A stretch of 56,382 bases of DNA from a virus (taxonomy: Duplodnaviria > Caudoviricetes). Shown here one piece after another: positions 1 through 8,124 of the stretch. The stretch's first letter is position 1; every line of letters begins with the position of its first letter. The stretch is taken from the IMG/VR virus record IMGVR_UViG_3300019926_000028, positions 1 to 56,382 of that record. One strand, 5' to 3'. The notes under the pieces were generated by a model. It was not told where the DNA came from. It saw only the letters and a program-made list of their open reading frames with translations, and ran no database searches. A program made the translations under genes and the position numbers.

Positions 1-240
1 TATCAAATCATCTGTGACAGCATCAATCCATTCTTGATCGGGTTCGGGAAGAGACTTATAATATCCACCACGGTCGGTGTAAAGACCGTGTTTGTAATTG
101 GGCTTCCATTCTTCTCCGCCATACTCAGAAGTCTCAGAATGGAAGCCACAATGACCATCCATTTGTGTCGCTGGACGGTCACATACGCCATCTTTCGTCC
201 TTAAAGAAGCGCCACAAACTTCATCATCGTCATCACTCAT
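1..240 (-). CDS. Putative terminase small subunit, N-terminal part (runs off the window edge)
   Basis: Not in the ORF track. ATG at 240 overlaps the HNH stop and reads MSDDDDEVCGASLRTKDGVCDRPATQMDGHCGFH...PNYKHGLYTDRGG. The CGA..C..C..H plus N.KHGLY pattern is typical of HGGxSTG-like terminase-small N-termini. Confidence 0.5.
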   Translation of the reverse strand, partial: MSDDDDEVCGASLRTKDGVCDRPATQMDGHCGFHSETSEYGGEEWKPNYKHGLYTDRGGYYKSLPEPDQEWIDAVTDDLI

Positions 241-1138
241 TCAAGAACACCCTTGCCTTTTCTAAAAATTCTTCCGGATTAGAATCAATAAACTCACCTT
301 CCAATACTCTATGATGTGAAGGGCAAAGAGAAATTAAATTATCAAGTGAATTCATTTCCTCGTGTTCTTGTTCTACATCCCACTCGTTATTGGGCTTGAT
401 ATGATGAACGTGCGGTTTTCTACCTATTTCTTCTTCGGTAATACCACAAACTCTACATTTGAATCCGTCTCTCTCCCACGCTTTTTCTCTTTGAGAAAAC
501 CACGATGGACCGTAGTAACTTTCATAGCCACCTTCCCAACTAGGATGTTCTTTTCCACCCAAAGGCCAGTCTTTACTATAACCCACCTCAAATCCACTTT
601 CAGACAACGCATCAAACCAAGAACCGAACCTCTGACGATAAGTCCCGCCTGAGAACCTTCCATATTCCCTTATATCTCCCAGAGTTGGTGGATTTTCATT
701 ACAATATTCCTCTGAAACACGATTAATATCTTCAGATAATTTTGGAAGGGGAGTATTCATCGGGATTGTTGGTTCAAAACCGGAAGCAATCAAAGCATCA
801 TTCCAACTTCCAAATTTCTGGACTACAGTATTTGCGGAATGGGATGAATACTCATGGAATTTTTTATACGTAGGTGCATCTCCACCGCAATATTCTTCTG
901 AAATAGATTTAATGGAAGATATAAACTCTTCCTCGTTCAATCCATATTCTACATTTGTTTCCAATTGAGCTTCTTTGATGGCTTCGTTCCAACTTCCAAA
1001 TTTAGTCGCTGGCATTGAAGAAGCCATACTACCATATTCACGAAAATCTTCATTCGTCGGTGTGTCCCCATCACAAAATTCTTCAGATACTCTCCGTATT
1101 TCTCTGATTACCTCTTCTTCGGTATATTTTGGGGACAT
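233..1138 (-). CDS. HNH endonuclease with three homing-endonuclease-associated (FGSW) repeats
   Basis: Three KFGSWNEA/RFGSWFDAL repeats; C-terminal RDGFKCRVCG...HVHHI...NLISLCPSHH. Confidence 0.85.
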   Translation of the reverse strand: MSPKYTEEEVIREIRRVSEEFCDGDTPTNEDFREYGSMASSMPATKFGSWNEAIKEAQLETNVEYGLNEEEFISSIKSISEEYCGGDAPTYKKFHEYSSHSANTVVQKFGSWNDALIASGFEPTIPMNTPLPKLSEDINRVSEEYCNENPPTLGDIREYGRFSGGTYRQRFGSWFDALSESGFEVGYSKDWPLGGKEHPSWEGGYESYYGPSWFSQREKAWERDGFKCRVCGITEEEIGRKPHVHHIKPNNEWDVEQEHEEMNSLDNLISLCPSHHRVLEGEFIDSNPEEFLEKARVFLNE

Positions 1139-1148
1139 AGTAGATTAT

Positions 1149-1592
1149 CTACTGCCGTCCAGACTCGTGAACATCAAGAGAAACGATGTGGTCGTAATCC
1201 ACAACGTGCTTCTCTTCGTCCTTATCAATAAGATACTCATCTTTATCGATTTTAATATTCATTTCTTCAAGATGAGAGTCAATCCGCTGTGCAATTTCCA
1301 TTATTTCCCTGTTATCGAGGGGTCGAATCTTCGCCCCATCCATATCCCCACATTTACAAGCCGAGCGTTTTACATTCGGACGGCCCGAATTTTCTCTATC
1401 GTCAACCCAATAATGGTCAACGTGGGGTTCATGTTCAACGAGCGCAGAGACAGAATCCGGCATCGTATGATGTGGTTTGCTGTAACTCTTCAATTTACGA
1501 TAACAGTTTTTGCAAATGGTTGCGTTATCTTCTATCTTTTGGGAAAACGTGGAATCTTCATCAAGTTCTTCTTCTAATTTTAGTTCAGACAT
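1149..1592 (-). CDS. Hypothetical protein with CxxC and CxC motifs
   Basis: Acidic ORF in operon context; ATG at 1592 preferred; CKNC and CKC motifs. Confidence 0.6.
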   Translation of the reverse strand: MSELKLEEELDEDSTFSQKIEDNATICKNCYRKLKSYSKPHHTMPDSVSALVEHEPHVDHYWVDDRENSGRPNVKRSACKCGDMDGAKIRPLDNREIMEIAQRIDSHLEEMNIKIDKDEYLIDKDEEKHVVDYDHIVSLDVHESGRQ

Positions 1593-1748
1593 AAATGCTA
1601 TACTCAACCCTATATCTTTTTCATATGTCTGCTTTACGTCACAGAAATCATCCGTATGATGGCGTCGGTCTGTGTCTCACGGAGACTCGTGCAAAGTTTT
1701 AGGGTTTTGACCTATCTTTTGTTCTTGTTAACTAGTACACGCCGGTTA

Positions 1749-1763
1749 TACTTAAGTCTTTCG
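1749..1763 (-). promoter_or_regulatory. Archaeal BRE/TATA promoter
   Basis: Minus strand reads CGAAAGACTTAAGTA. The same CGAAA-N3-TATA layout occurs on the plus strand at about 8086, 12001, 15712, 23041, 33515 and 36678. Confidence 0.55.
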
Positions 1764-1802
1764 TTTGAAAGTTAATTTGGTATAAGGACACACGAAAACA
1801 AT

Positions 1803-3171
1803 CTAATAATCAAACAAACTTTGTTTAACAGTCTTATCTTCTGCGTTATTTATATCCAAGTAGTCTTTTGCTAATTCTTCAAACTCTTCGTGGTTTCGTC
1901 CTTTGAATTTGCCTTCAAGTGGTTTATGGCAAGCTTTACACAGAGAGATGAGATTGCGTAAATTATTCATTTTTTCATGCTCATCCTCTACGATCCAATA
2001 ATCAGCGGGAACTATATGATGTACATCGGGTTTCAAATTGTATTTTTGTTTAGTGTTAACTCCGCAAATTCTACAATTATTTCCATCTCTTTCCCTCACC
2101 TTCTTTTTTCTGCTCCACCATGAAGAACCATAGTATTTAACACCACCACCATTTTCTTTCCATAAATGATGCTCTTCACCTTTTGGTGCTTCCCATCCCT
2201 GTTTTATTTTTTCATTTGGTTCAAATCCCGCTTTCTCAACAGCTTTATTCCAACTTCCAAATTCATTCCTTACCCAATTTCTACTATATTTTGCATTTCT
2301 ATGATATGTTTTTTTGGTCCGGTGTTTCGTTTTTGTCGCAATAACATCTGTATATTCCCTTAATATCCTTAATTAATTGTTCTTTACCGGGATTATCTCT
2401 TCTAACAAGAGGTTCATATCCAATTTTTAATAGTGCTTTGTTAATAGTACCAAACTTTCTCGCATAAACAGTCCTGCTAAATTTAGATTCTGATATTATA
2501 TCGTGTGTTGAATTGTCAATTCCAATCCTATAAACTGCCTTCTTTAGTTCATCTAACGCTTTCTCTTTAGGAACTTCAACACCTTTTCTACTATTTTTTA
2601 AAGAAAATTTACTTTTTTGTATGATTTCTCCCCAAGAATCAAATTTATTTTGATAAGAGGTAAGTGAATATTTTGAATGCAAATTTATATCTTTTTGTGT
2701 TGGAATTTTATTTAATTTTTCTCCAACTCTTTCAAACTCAGAAATATACTCATCAATCGTTCTTGAATTATACGCCTCTGAATATTCTTTATGCCGGTAT
2801 TCTTCAAAACCACATTCCGATAAAGCATCCCACCAAGAATTTAAATGAGTTCTAAGAGTTGGAAATGAAAAATTTCCATATTCTTGGTATTGTGAGTATG
2901 ATGGCCGTCCTCTTACTTCTTCTGAAACTCTTTTGATGTCTTCTATTATCTTTTCACTAGAGATTGGATTTCCCCGTCCAACAGCATTTTTACTAAATCC
3001 AGCAACTTTTAACGCTTCGTTCCAAGAACCAAATCTATTTGAAAAAGTCGCATAAGAAATATCACCATATTTTTTCATATCTTTAACAGTTGGAGAACCC
3101 CCATCACAATACTCTTCTGATACTCTCTCTAATTCATTAACCAAGTCATCTTCGGAGTATTTAGTTGGCAT
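1803..3171 (-). pseudogene. HNH endonuclease with FGSW repeats, split by a 1-nt frameshift
   Basis: ORFs 2299-3171 and 1803-2099 join if one base is removed from the T7 run at 2309-2315. The joined protein reads PDQKTYHRNAKYSRNWVRNEFGSWNKAVEKAGFEP...YYGSSWWSRKKKVRERDG into the HNH domain. Confidence 0.8.
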
Positions 3172-3182
3172 ATCCCTGTCCT

Positions 3183-4349
3183 TCAGAGTTGCCCGCCATT
3201 AATTCGGATAGGTTCAACATCTTCCATGACTTTATCTTCAGAGGTAAACCAGAAAATACCACAAGAGCCGCCAGAAGATCCTTGAGATTCAGCGAAAGTT
3301 GAAGGCGGGGAAGGAGAACCAGTCATAACAACAGGAATTTCATCTCCAATACGCTCAATTAAGGTTTTGTGATAGTGGGAACGGAGAAGAATATCAAAAC
3401 CATACGCCATATAATCATCTTTCACTCGATTTTCTCCACTACTCGTTCCGACATGATTCAAATACCGTTCACCATGACGGGAAAGATAATCCCACCCACG
3501 AACCGAGAACTGAACAATACCAGCAGGACCGGCCTTGTTGATATTCACATTTTCCGCATCCGAGTAATGAAGAGCAGTTTCAACGAAATCAAACAACATC
3601 ATATCGAAATTCGTTGTACTCTCTTTATCGAGACGACCGTGATTACCCGGAACACATTGAACATCTACGTATTCAAACTGATCAGAGAGTTTCAAAATTT
3701 GCTCTATATACGTATTTCCTGCTTTCCGAAGCTGGTCACGGACATTATCTTCCTGTTCGTGTCGCTGTGATGCAAAGATGCCCTCTCCATCAACGTGATC
3801 GCCGTTCAAAACAAATACAACATCCTCAACATCACCACGACGTTCGGCATGAGCAATTCCTTTGTCTACATACTCCCGGATTGCCTTCCTAGCCTCTTCT
3901 GCACCGTAGTAATCCACGTCATATCGGTCTTGAACCACAGAGCCGACGTGTGCATCAGAATGAGGAAGGACGAGTGTAGAGCCGGAGTCAGACCGGGTAT
4001 AATCAGCCTTAACAGGGTCGGTATTATTGAGTGCTTCTTTAACCTCCTTTTCCATTTCCGTTAAAGCGTTATGAGTGTCCTTAGTAACCTGCGCTCTGTC
4101 ATAAGAATTGATTCGTTTTGGAGTTTCATTTCGCTCTTGACTTTCTCCACCGATATGCCATACATCATCACTATTCATATAAAATTCATATCCATGATCA
4201 TCTTCAAGAGCTTGCATCCGGTATCTTACTGCTCTCCGTGAAATATCAAGCTCATCAGCAATATTCTTCCGTGTATTTGGTAGCTTCTCCAAAACTGCTT
4301 GCTGCTTAGGAGTTATACTGTTCATAGTTTTAGAATTAATTTCACTCAT
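3183..4349 (-). CDS. HTH-fused calcineurin-like metallophosphoesterase
   Basis: N-terminal HTH (IADELDISRRAVRYRM); motifs SDAHVG, NGDHVDG, VPGNHG, RHG, SHYH. Confidence 0.8.
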   Translation of the reverse strand: MSEINSKTMNSITPKQQAVLEKLPNTRKNIADELDISRRAVRYRMQALEDDHGYEFYMNSDDVWHIGGESQERNETPKRINSYDRAQVTKDTHNALTEMEKEVKEALNNTDPVKADYTRSDSGSTLVLPHSDAHVGSVVQDRYDVDYYGAEEARKAIREYVDKGIAHAERRGDVEDVVFVLNGDHVDGEGIFASQRHEQEDNVRDQLRKAGNTYIEQILKLSDQFEYVDVQCVPGNHGRLDKESTTNFDMMLFDFVETALHYSDAENVNINKAGPAGIVQFSVRGWDYLSRHGERYLNHVGTSSGENRVKDDYMAYGFDILLRSHYHKTLIERIGDEIPVVMTGSPSPPSTFAESQGSSGGSCGIFWFTSEDKVMEDVEPIRINGGQL

Positions 4350-4716
4350 TAAAATTCTCCTCGCTTATTTTTCTACTATAGAAAAACTCCGGGTGTCCAA
4401 TCTCATAAGATGGACTATATTCCCCGGTTCTACTAATTATTTCGTAACCCATCTTAGGATGAGCATAATAAGTCACATCACCATTCTCATAAGCTAATAC
4501 ATCACTCCAATTTAATTCTTCCCACCCACCAAGATTGTTTTTATCATCGTTGGGTTCACTCACAATAACTTCTAATGCTGTACGGTCATCTTTAAAAGAT
4601 ATTTCAATATCTCCTTCTTTTGAATGAATTATTTGCCCGTCATATCCTTCAGGAACTTCTAATGTTCTGAACAATTCTCTTGGTTCATCAACATAATAAA
4701 TCTCTTGCTCACTCAT
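4342..4716 (-). CDS. Hypothetical protein
   Basis: Acidic ORF with starts and stops overlapping its neighbours; ATG at 4716. Confidence 0.6.
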   Translation of the reverse strand: MSEQEIYYVDEPRELFRTLEVPEGYDGQIIHSKEGDIEISFKDDRTALEVIVSEPNDDKNNLGGWEELNWSDVLAYENGDVTYYAHPKMGYEIISRTGEYSPSYEIGHPEFFYSRKISEENFNE

Positions 4717-4870
4717 TTTCAATCAAATCTTGTAGACCGTTTCTCTCAATAATAAAGTCCATCTCTTCACGGAGTCGTTCTACTTTATTTTCTAGTTCAG
4801 AAATGCGTTCTGCTTCAACCCCGGTCTGAAAATTGTCAATTTCGGATTCACCTTCTTCAGATTCTGTCAT
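4709..4870 (-). CDS. Small acidic coiled-coil protein (53 aa)
   Basis: Not in the ORF track: MTESEEGESEIDNFQTGVEAERISELENKVERLREEMDF... A GAAAGATATTTAAA promoter-like motif lies about 25 nt upstream, and the stop overlaps the next ATG. Confidence 0.55.
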   Translation of the reverse strand: MTESEEGESEIDNFQTGVEAERISELENKVERLREEMDFIIERNGLQDLIENE

Positions 4871-4923
4871 TATTCTTTAATACACGTTTAAGGTTTAAAT
4901 ATCTTTCCTTCTACTTCAACCTT

Positions 4924-5323
4924 TCTTCAACGCTACAGGCATTCATCTGAAACCGTGTTGGAACGCCTTCAACCCCTCAAAGGTTCATCTGAAACGACCT
5001 ATGGGATTCAAAGGGTGAACTTGAGGGCGAACCTTCAACCCCTCAAGGGTTCATCTGAAACGTTTGCTATCCTCCGGGGGTTTCATCCAGTCTCTCCCTT
5101 CAACCCCTCAAGGGTTCATCTGAAACTAAACGAATTGAAATTACGGTCTTATATTGCATGCCTTCAACCCCTCAAGGGTTCATCTGAAACTGACGTTTAC
5201 CGAGATACAGAAACAGCATTAGATCCTCCTTCAACCCCTCAAGGGTTCATCTGAAACTCTTGAAGAATTGAACCCACAGAATCCAAGTCAACACCTTCAA
5301 GCCCATAAGGGTTCGACGGAGTA
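4924..5323 (-). CRISPR. CRISPR array, 7 repeats (5 near-perfect, 2 degenerate terminal) and 6 spacers
   Basis: 30-bp repeat CCTTCAACCCCTCAAGGGTTCATCTGAAAC at 4966 (1 mismatch), 5032, 5097, 5161 and 5228, degenerate at 4924 and 5294. Spacers are 12, 36, 35, 34, 37 and 36 bp. The minus-strand repeat GTTTCAGATGAACCCTTGAGGGGTTGAAGG differs at 3 positions from the haloarchaeal I-B repeat GTTTCAGACGAACCCTTGTGGGGTTGAAGC, which suggests the orientation. Confidence 0.95.
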
Positions 5324-5738
5324 TGATTGTAATATTTCTTTTTCCGATTTGTGCGGTCTTGGTGTAGACCACTTAACTTTCGGCGGGGTGTTTCGTCTTA
5401 CCGTGAAGTGTTCGCTCCCACTTGGAATACGCCAAGCACCTTGCAGATTATAATTTCCGGAACCACATCGGTCAAATGACCTGTGTTCCAACTGTTGTTG
5501 GTCTGCTACTAACGCGAGGTGTGCGCTTTCAACGCCTCTTTTCTCCTATCCCAACGAAGACCGTGGGGTACGCCCCATGCATCCAAACAAGGCCGTTCTA
5601 TTGGGCTTAACGGAGGCGAAACTTACATCGGATAGCATCGATCCGATGAATCCGGTGAAGTGCCGGATATCGGAAAGTGACATATAGCCACTCCCGACTT
5701 CAACTCACCATATGGGAGGTTAGTTAATAACTCTTTCG
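5324..5738 (-). ncRNA. Candidate tracrRNA/omegaRNA-like scaffold
   Basis: GC-richer gap with no credible ORF and many hairpins (5421-5436, 5459-5489, 5564-5577, 5626-5648, 5650-5668). It also carries a partial anti-repeat at 5390-5412. Confidence 0.55.
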
Positions 5739-6935
5739 TTAATAACTGAACAGGCCACCCTCTTCAATATATTCATTAGCTTCATTCCGGATTTCAAACC
5801 CGTCGCTTTCAAAATCACTCCCACGAAATGCAATATTCATAGATGCATTCACATCAGCATGAACTTGATATCCACACTCACCGCATTCAAAATCAGTACC
5901 ATTTCGATTACTACTATGAACATAACCACAATTTCTACACGTCTTGCTCGTATTCCGAGGATCAACAACTTCAACCGGAATTCCTTTTGCTTTAGCTTTA
6001 TACATAATCATTTCTTGAGCAAGAGCATACGGCCAATCGTGAATCGCATTTGCTGCTGTCTTCCTATAGTTTGTTAGGTCCTCCAAAACAATTTTTGGAT
6101 TGTTATGCTGAGTAGCTTCCTTTACTATATTTTTGGATGCCGTATGGAGAACCTGTTCTGTATATTTCTCGTGTTGTCCACGGCATTCTTTAACACCTTT
6201 AACATCATTATTAGCCATCATTTCCGAACGTTTTTCTTTTAATCTTTCTCGGTGGTGTCTAAATTCAGAACCATCCTTCAATTCTACATTTTTAATTCCA
6301 TCATTAGAAAGAACAGAATATGTATAGATAACATTTTCTCCAAGATCAACACCAATTACTGTTTCAACCTCTTCATCTTCAATAACATCAACGTCCCATG
6401 TAACCACTAAATGTGCCTTTAATGTATCTCCATCTTTATGTATTTCACAAGTTCCAAATGACGCTCCTTCGTTAACTATCTTATCTAAATACCTCTTTGA
6501 AAATTTATTATCGTTGATATGGAACCACTCTGGTTTATACGGAACAATATTGAACTTAATTCCATACCCTTTGTTATTTTCTTCTACTGTAATTTGTTGG
6601 CTTTTTGCTCTAACATAATTTTGCTTCCCGAAAACTGGCTTATTGCCCACTTTACCATTACTTCTCCAAGATTTATAACCACTAACAACATCTCCAATTG
6701 CTTCTGAAGCAACTTGACCAGAAACATATCTATCATCCCCCCATTCTTCTACAACATTTCTATAAAATTGAGGATTCATTGTAGACCATTGATTTTCATC
6801 AAATGATAAAATTAAATCTGATACAAATTTACTCATCTCCTGATACTCATTTATACATTTTTGAATTTTGGTATTCTTCCTATTACTCGTTTCTAGGTCA
6901 AGTACAACAGTTTGAGCAACTGTTTCAGTTGGCAT
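5739..6935 (-). CDS. tnpB: TnpB/Cas12f-like RNA-guided RuvC nuclease (398 aa)
   Basis: RuvC-I IGVDLG, RuvC-II IVLEDL, VDPRNTSKTCRNCG...CGECG zinc finger and RuvC-III HADVNASMNIA. The D-E-D triad is intact. It has its own TATA box about 25 nt upstream, and no tnpA is nearby. Confidence 0.9.
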   Translation of the reverse strand: MPTETVAQTVVLDLETSNRKNTKIQKCINEYQEMSKFVSDLILSFDENQWSTMNPQFYRNVVEEWGDDRYVSGQVASEAIGDVVSGYKSWRSNGKVGNKPVFGKQNYVRAKSQQITVEENNKGYGIKFNIVPYKPEWFHINDNKFSKRYLDKIVNEGASFGTCEIHKDGDTLKAHLVVTWDVDVIEDEEVETVIGVDLGENVIYTYSVLSNDGIKNVELKDGSEFRHHRERLKEKRSEMMANNDVKGVKECRGQHEKYTEQVLHTASKNIVKEATQHNNPKIVLEDLTNYRKTAANAIHDWPYALAQEMIMYKAKAKGIPVEVVDPRNTSKTCRNCGYVHSSNRNGTDFECGECGYQVHADVNASMNIAFRGSDFESDGFEIRNEANEYIEEGGLFSY

Positions 6936-7028
6936 ATTTTTTCTTGTAGACTACTACTTATATATTCTTCGCTCTCTAAAACAATAGAGTTTTATGCTTC
7001 CCCCTCGTAGCGGTGCTGTGCGGTAACT

Positions 7029-7321
7029 GTTCTAGTTTATAGTTTATGTTGTTCTAGTTACTATATTCGTTACTTCCTTTACATGAAATATAAAAATACC
7101 TAGGTTATCTACTTCCTTTATATACTTAACCTAGGTATTACCGTTAATCTTTTAACTATACAACTAGTACTAGACTAGTATATGGTAACAGAACTAGCAG
7201 ATATAGATGGTCTAGGCCCAAAAACAGTAGAGTCTCTAGAAGGTAATGATATAACTAGCATAGAGGATCTAGCTAACTCTAGTATTGAAGAGATTACTGA
7301 ATGTGGTATTAGTAATTCTAG
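7029..7321. promoter_or_regulatory. CTAG-rich divergent control region with a 13-bp perfect inverted repeat
   Basis: 14 CTAG sites between 7032 and 7321. Inverted repeat AATACCTAGGTTA (7095-7107) / TAACCTAGGTATT (7127-7139). Direct repeats TACTTCCTTTA (7071, 7110) and GTTCTAGTT (7029, 7051). Confidence 0.6.
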
Positions 7322-8084
7322 AGCTAAAGATTTCAAGTATAAAGCTAAACAAAATACTATTACTATTCAGACTGGTACAGAAGTTCAAGAGGAATATGAT
7401 AATAAGAATAAGATTAAGTCAAATATAGATAAACTAGATGAATCACTAGAAGGGGGTTTTGAAGAAAATGCTGTAATTAGCATCTGGGGAGAATCAGGTA
7501 CAGGTAAAAGTCAGTTGGCACAGAAACTACTAGTTGAAGGTTATGAACAAACAAATAAACCTGCTATACTTGTGGAAACAGAGCCGGATCGATTTCGCCC
7601 TGAAAGGATAGAAAAGTTAGCTAGTAAGGAAGACACAGTTGATAATATCCATAGGGTTAAAGCATATTCAATAGATCAACAGTATAGTTCTTACGGGAAG
7701 ATTATTGATGTATTTGAAGAAGCATCTGTTGTTGTGGTTGACTCTTTAACTGCACGTATTCGTTTGTCTTCTGAATTTGAAGGACGTGGGACACTTTCAG
7801 AACGTTCTAATGAATTGGGAAAGCATCTAATTAAACTAGAGGAAATTGCAGAAAGATTGGAATGTCCTGTTGTGTTTACTAATCAAGCATACAAGAATCC
7901 AGATAGTTATGGAAAGAATGTTTTACAATACGGTGGAGCAAAGATAAAACATACATCTCTTTTTGGAGTGATGATGAGTAAAGCCAAAGGAGAATTGTTT
8001 GAAGCTGAAGTACAACATCATCCATCTACAGGAGATACGTCTGTATTGATTGATATTGGCGAAGACGATATTACAGGAGTCTAA
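7182..8084 (+). CDS. radA: RadA recombinase
   Basis: N-terminal HhH (IDGLGPKTVESL), Walker A GESGTGKS, FRPERI, Walker B VVVDS, VVFTNQ. Confidence 0.9.
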   Translation: MVTELADIDGLGPKTVESLEGNDITSIEDLANSSIEEITECGISNSRAKDFKYKAKQNTITIQTGTEVQEEYDNKNKIKSNIDKLDESLEGGFEENAVISIWGESGTGKSQLAQKLLVEGYEQTNKPAILVETEPDRFRPERIEKLASKEDTVDNIHRVKAYSIDQQYSSYGKIIDVFEEASVVVVDSLTARIRLSSEFEGRGTLSERSNELGKHLIKLEEIAERLECPVVFTNQAYKNPDSYGKNVLQYGGAKIKHTSLFGVMMSKAKGELFEAEVQHHPSTGDTSVLIDIGEDDITGV

Positions 8085-8124
8085 GCGAAACACTTTTTTA
8101 CCCCACCCTTCAAGATAGGGTCGT

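Noticed and set aside
3-191. 62-aa ORF in the track
   Set aside because: Wrong frame; the acidic, motif-bearing frame starts at 240 and runs off the edge.
4955-5610. ORFs 4955-5254, 5268-5453, 5297-5491 and 5422-5610
   Set aside because: They are translations of the CRISPR repeats (repeating LQPLKGSSET) and of the structured RNA region, and lack the acidic composition of real genes here.
5739-6935. Ordinary IS200/IS605 or IS1341 insertion
   Set aside because: No tnpA or recognisable IS ends; it has its own leaderless promoter, a virus-type C-terminal tag and a co-oriented array. Not fully excluded without a homologue comparison.
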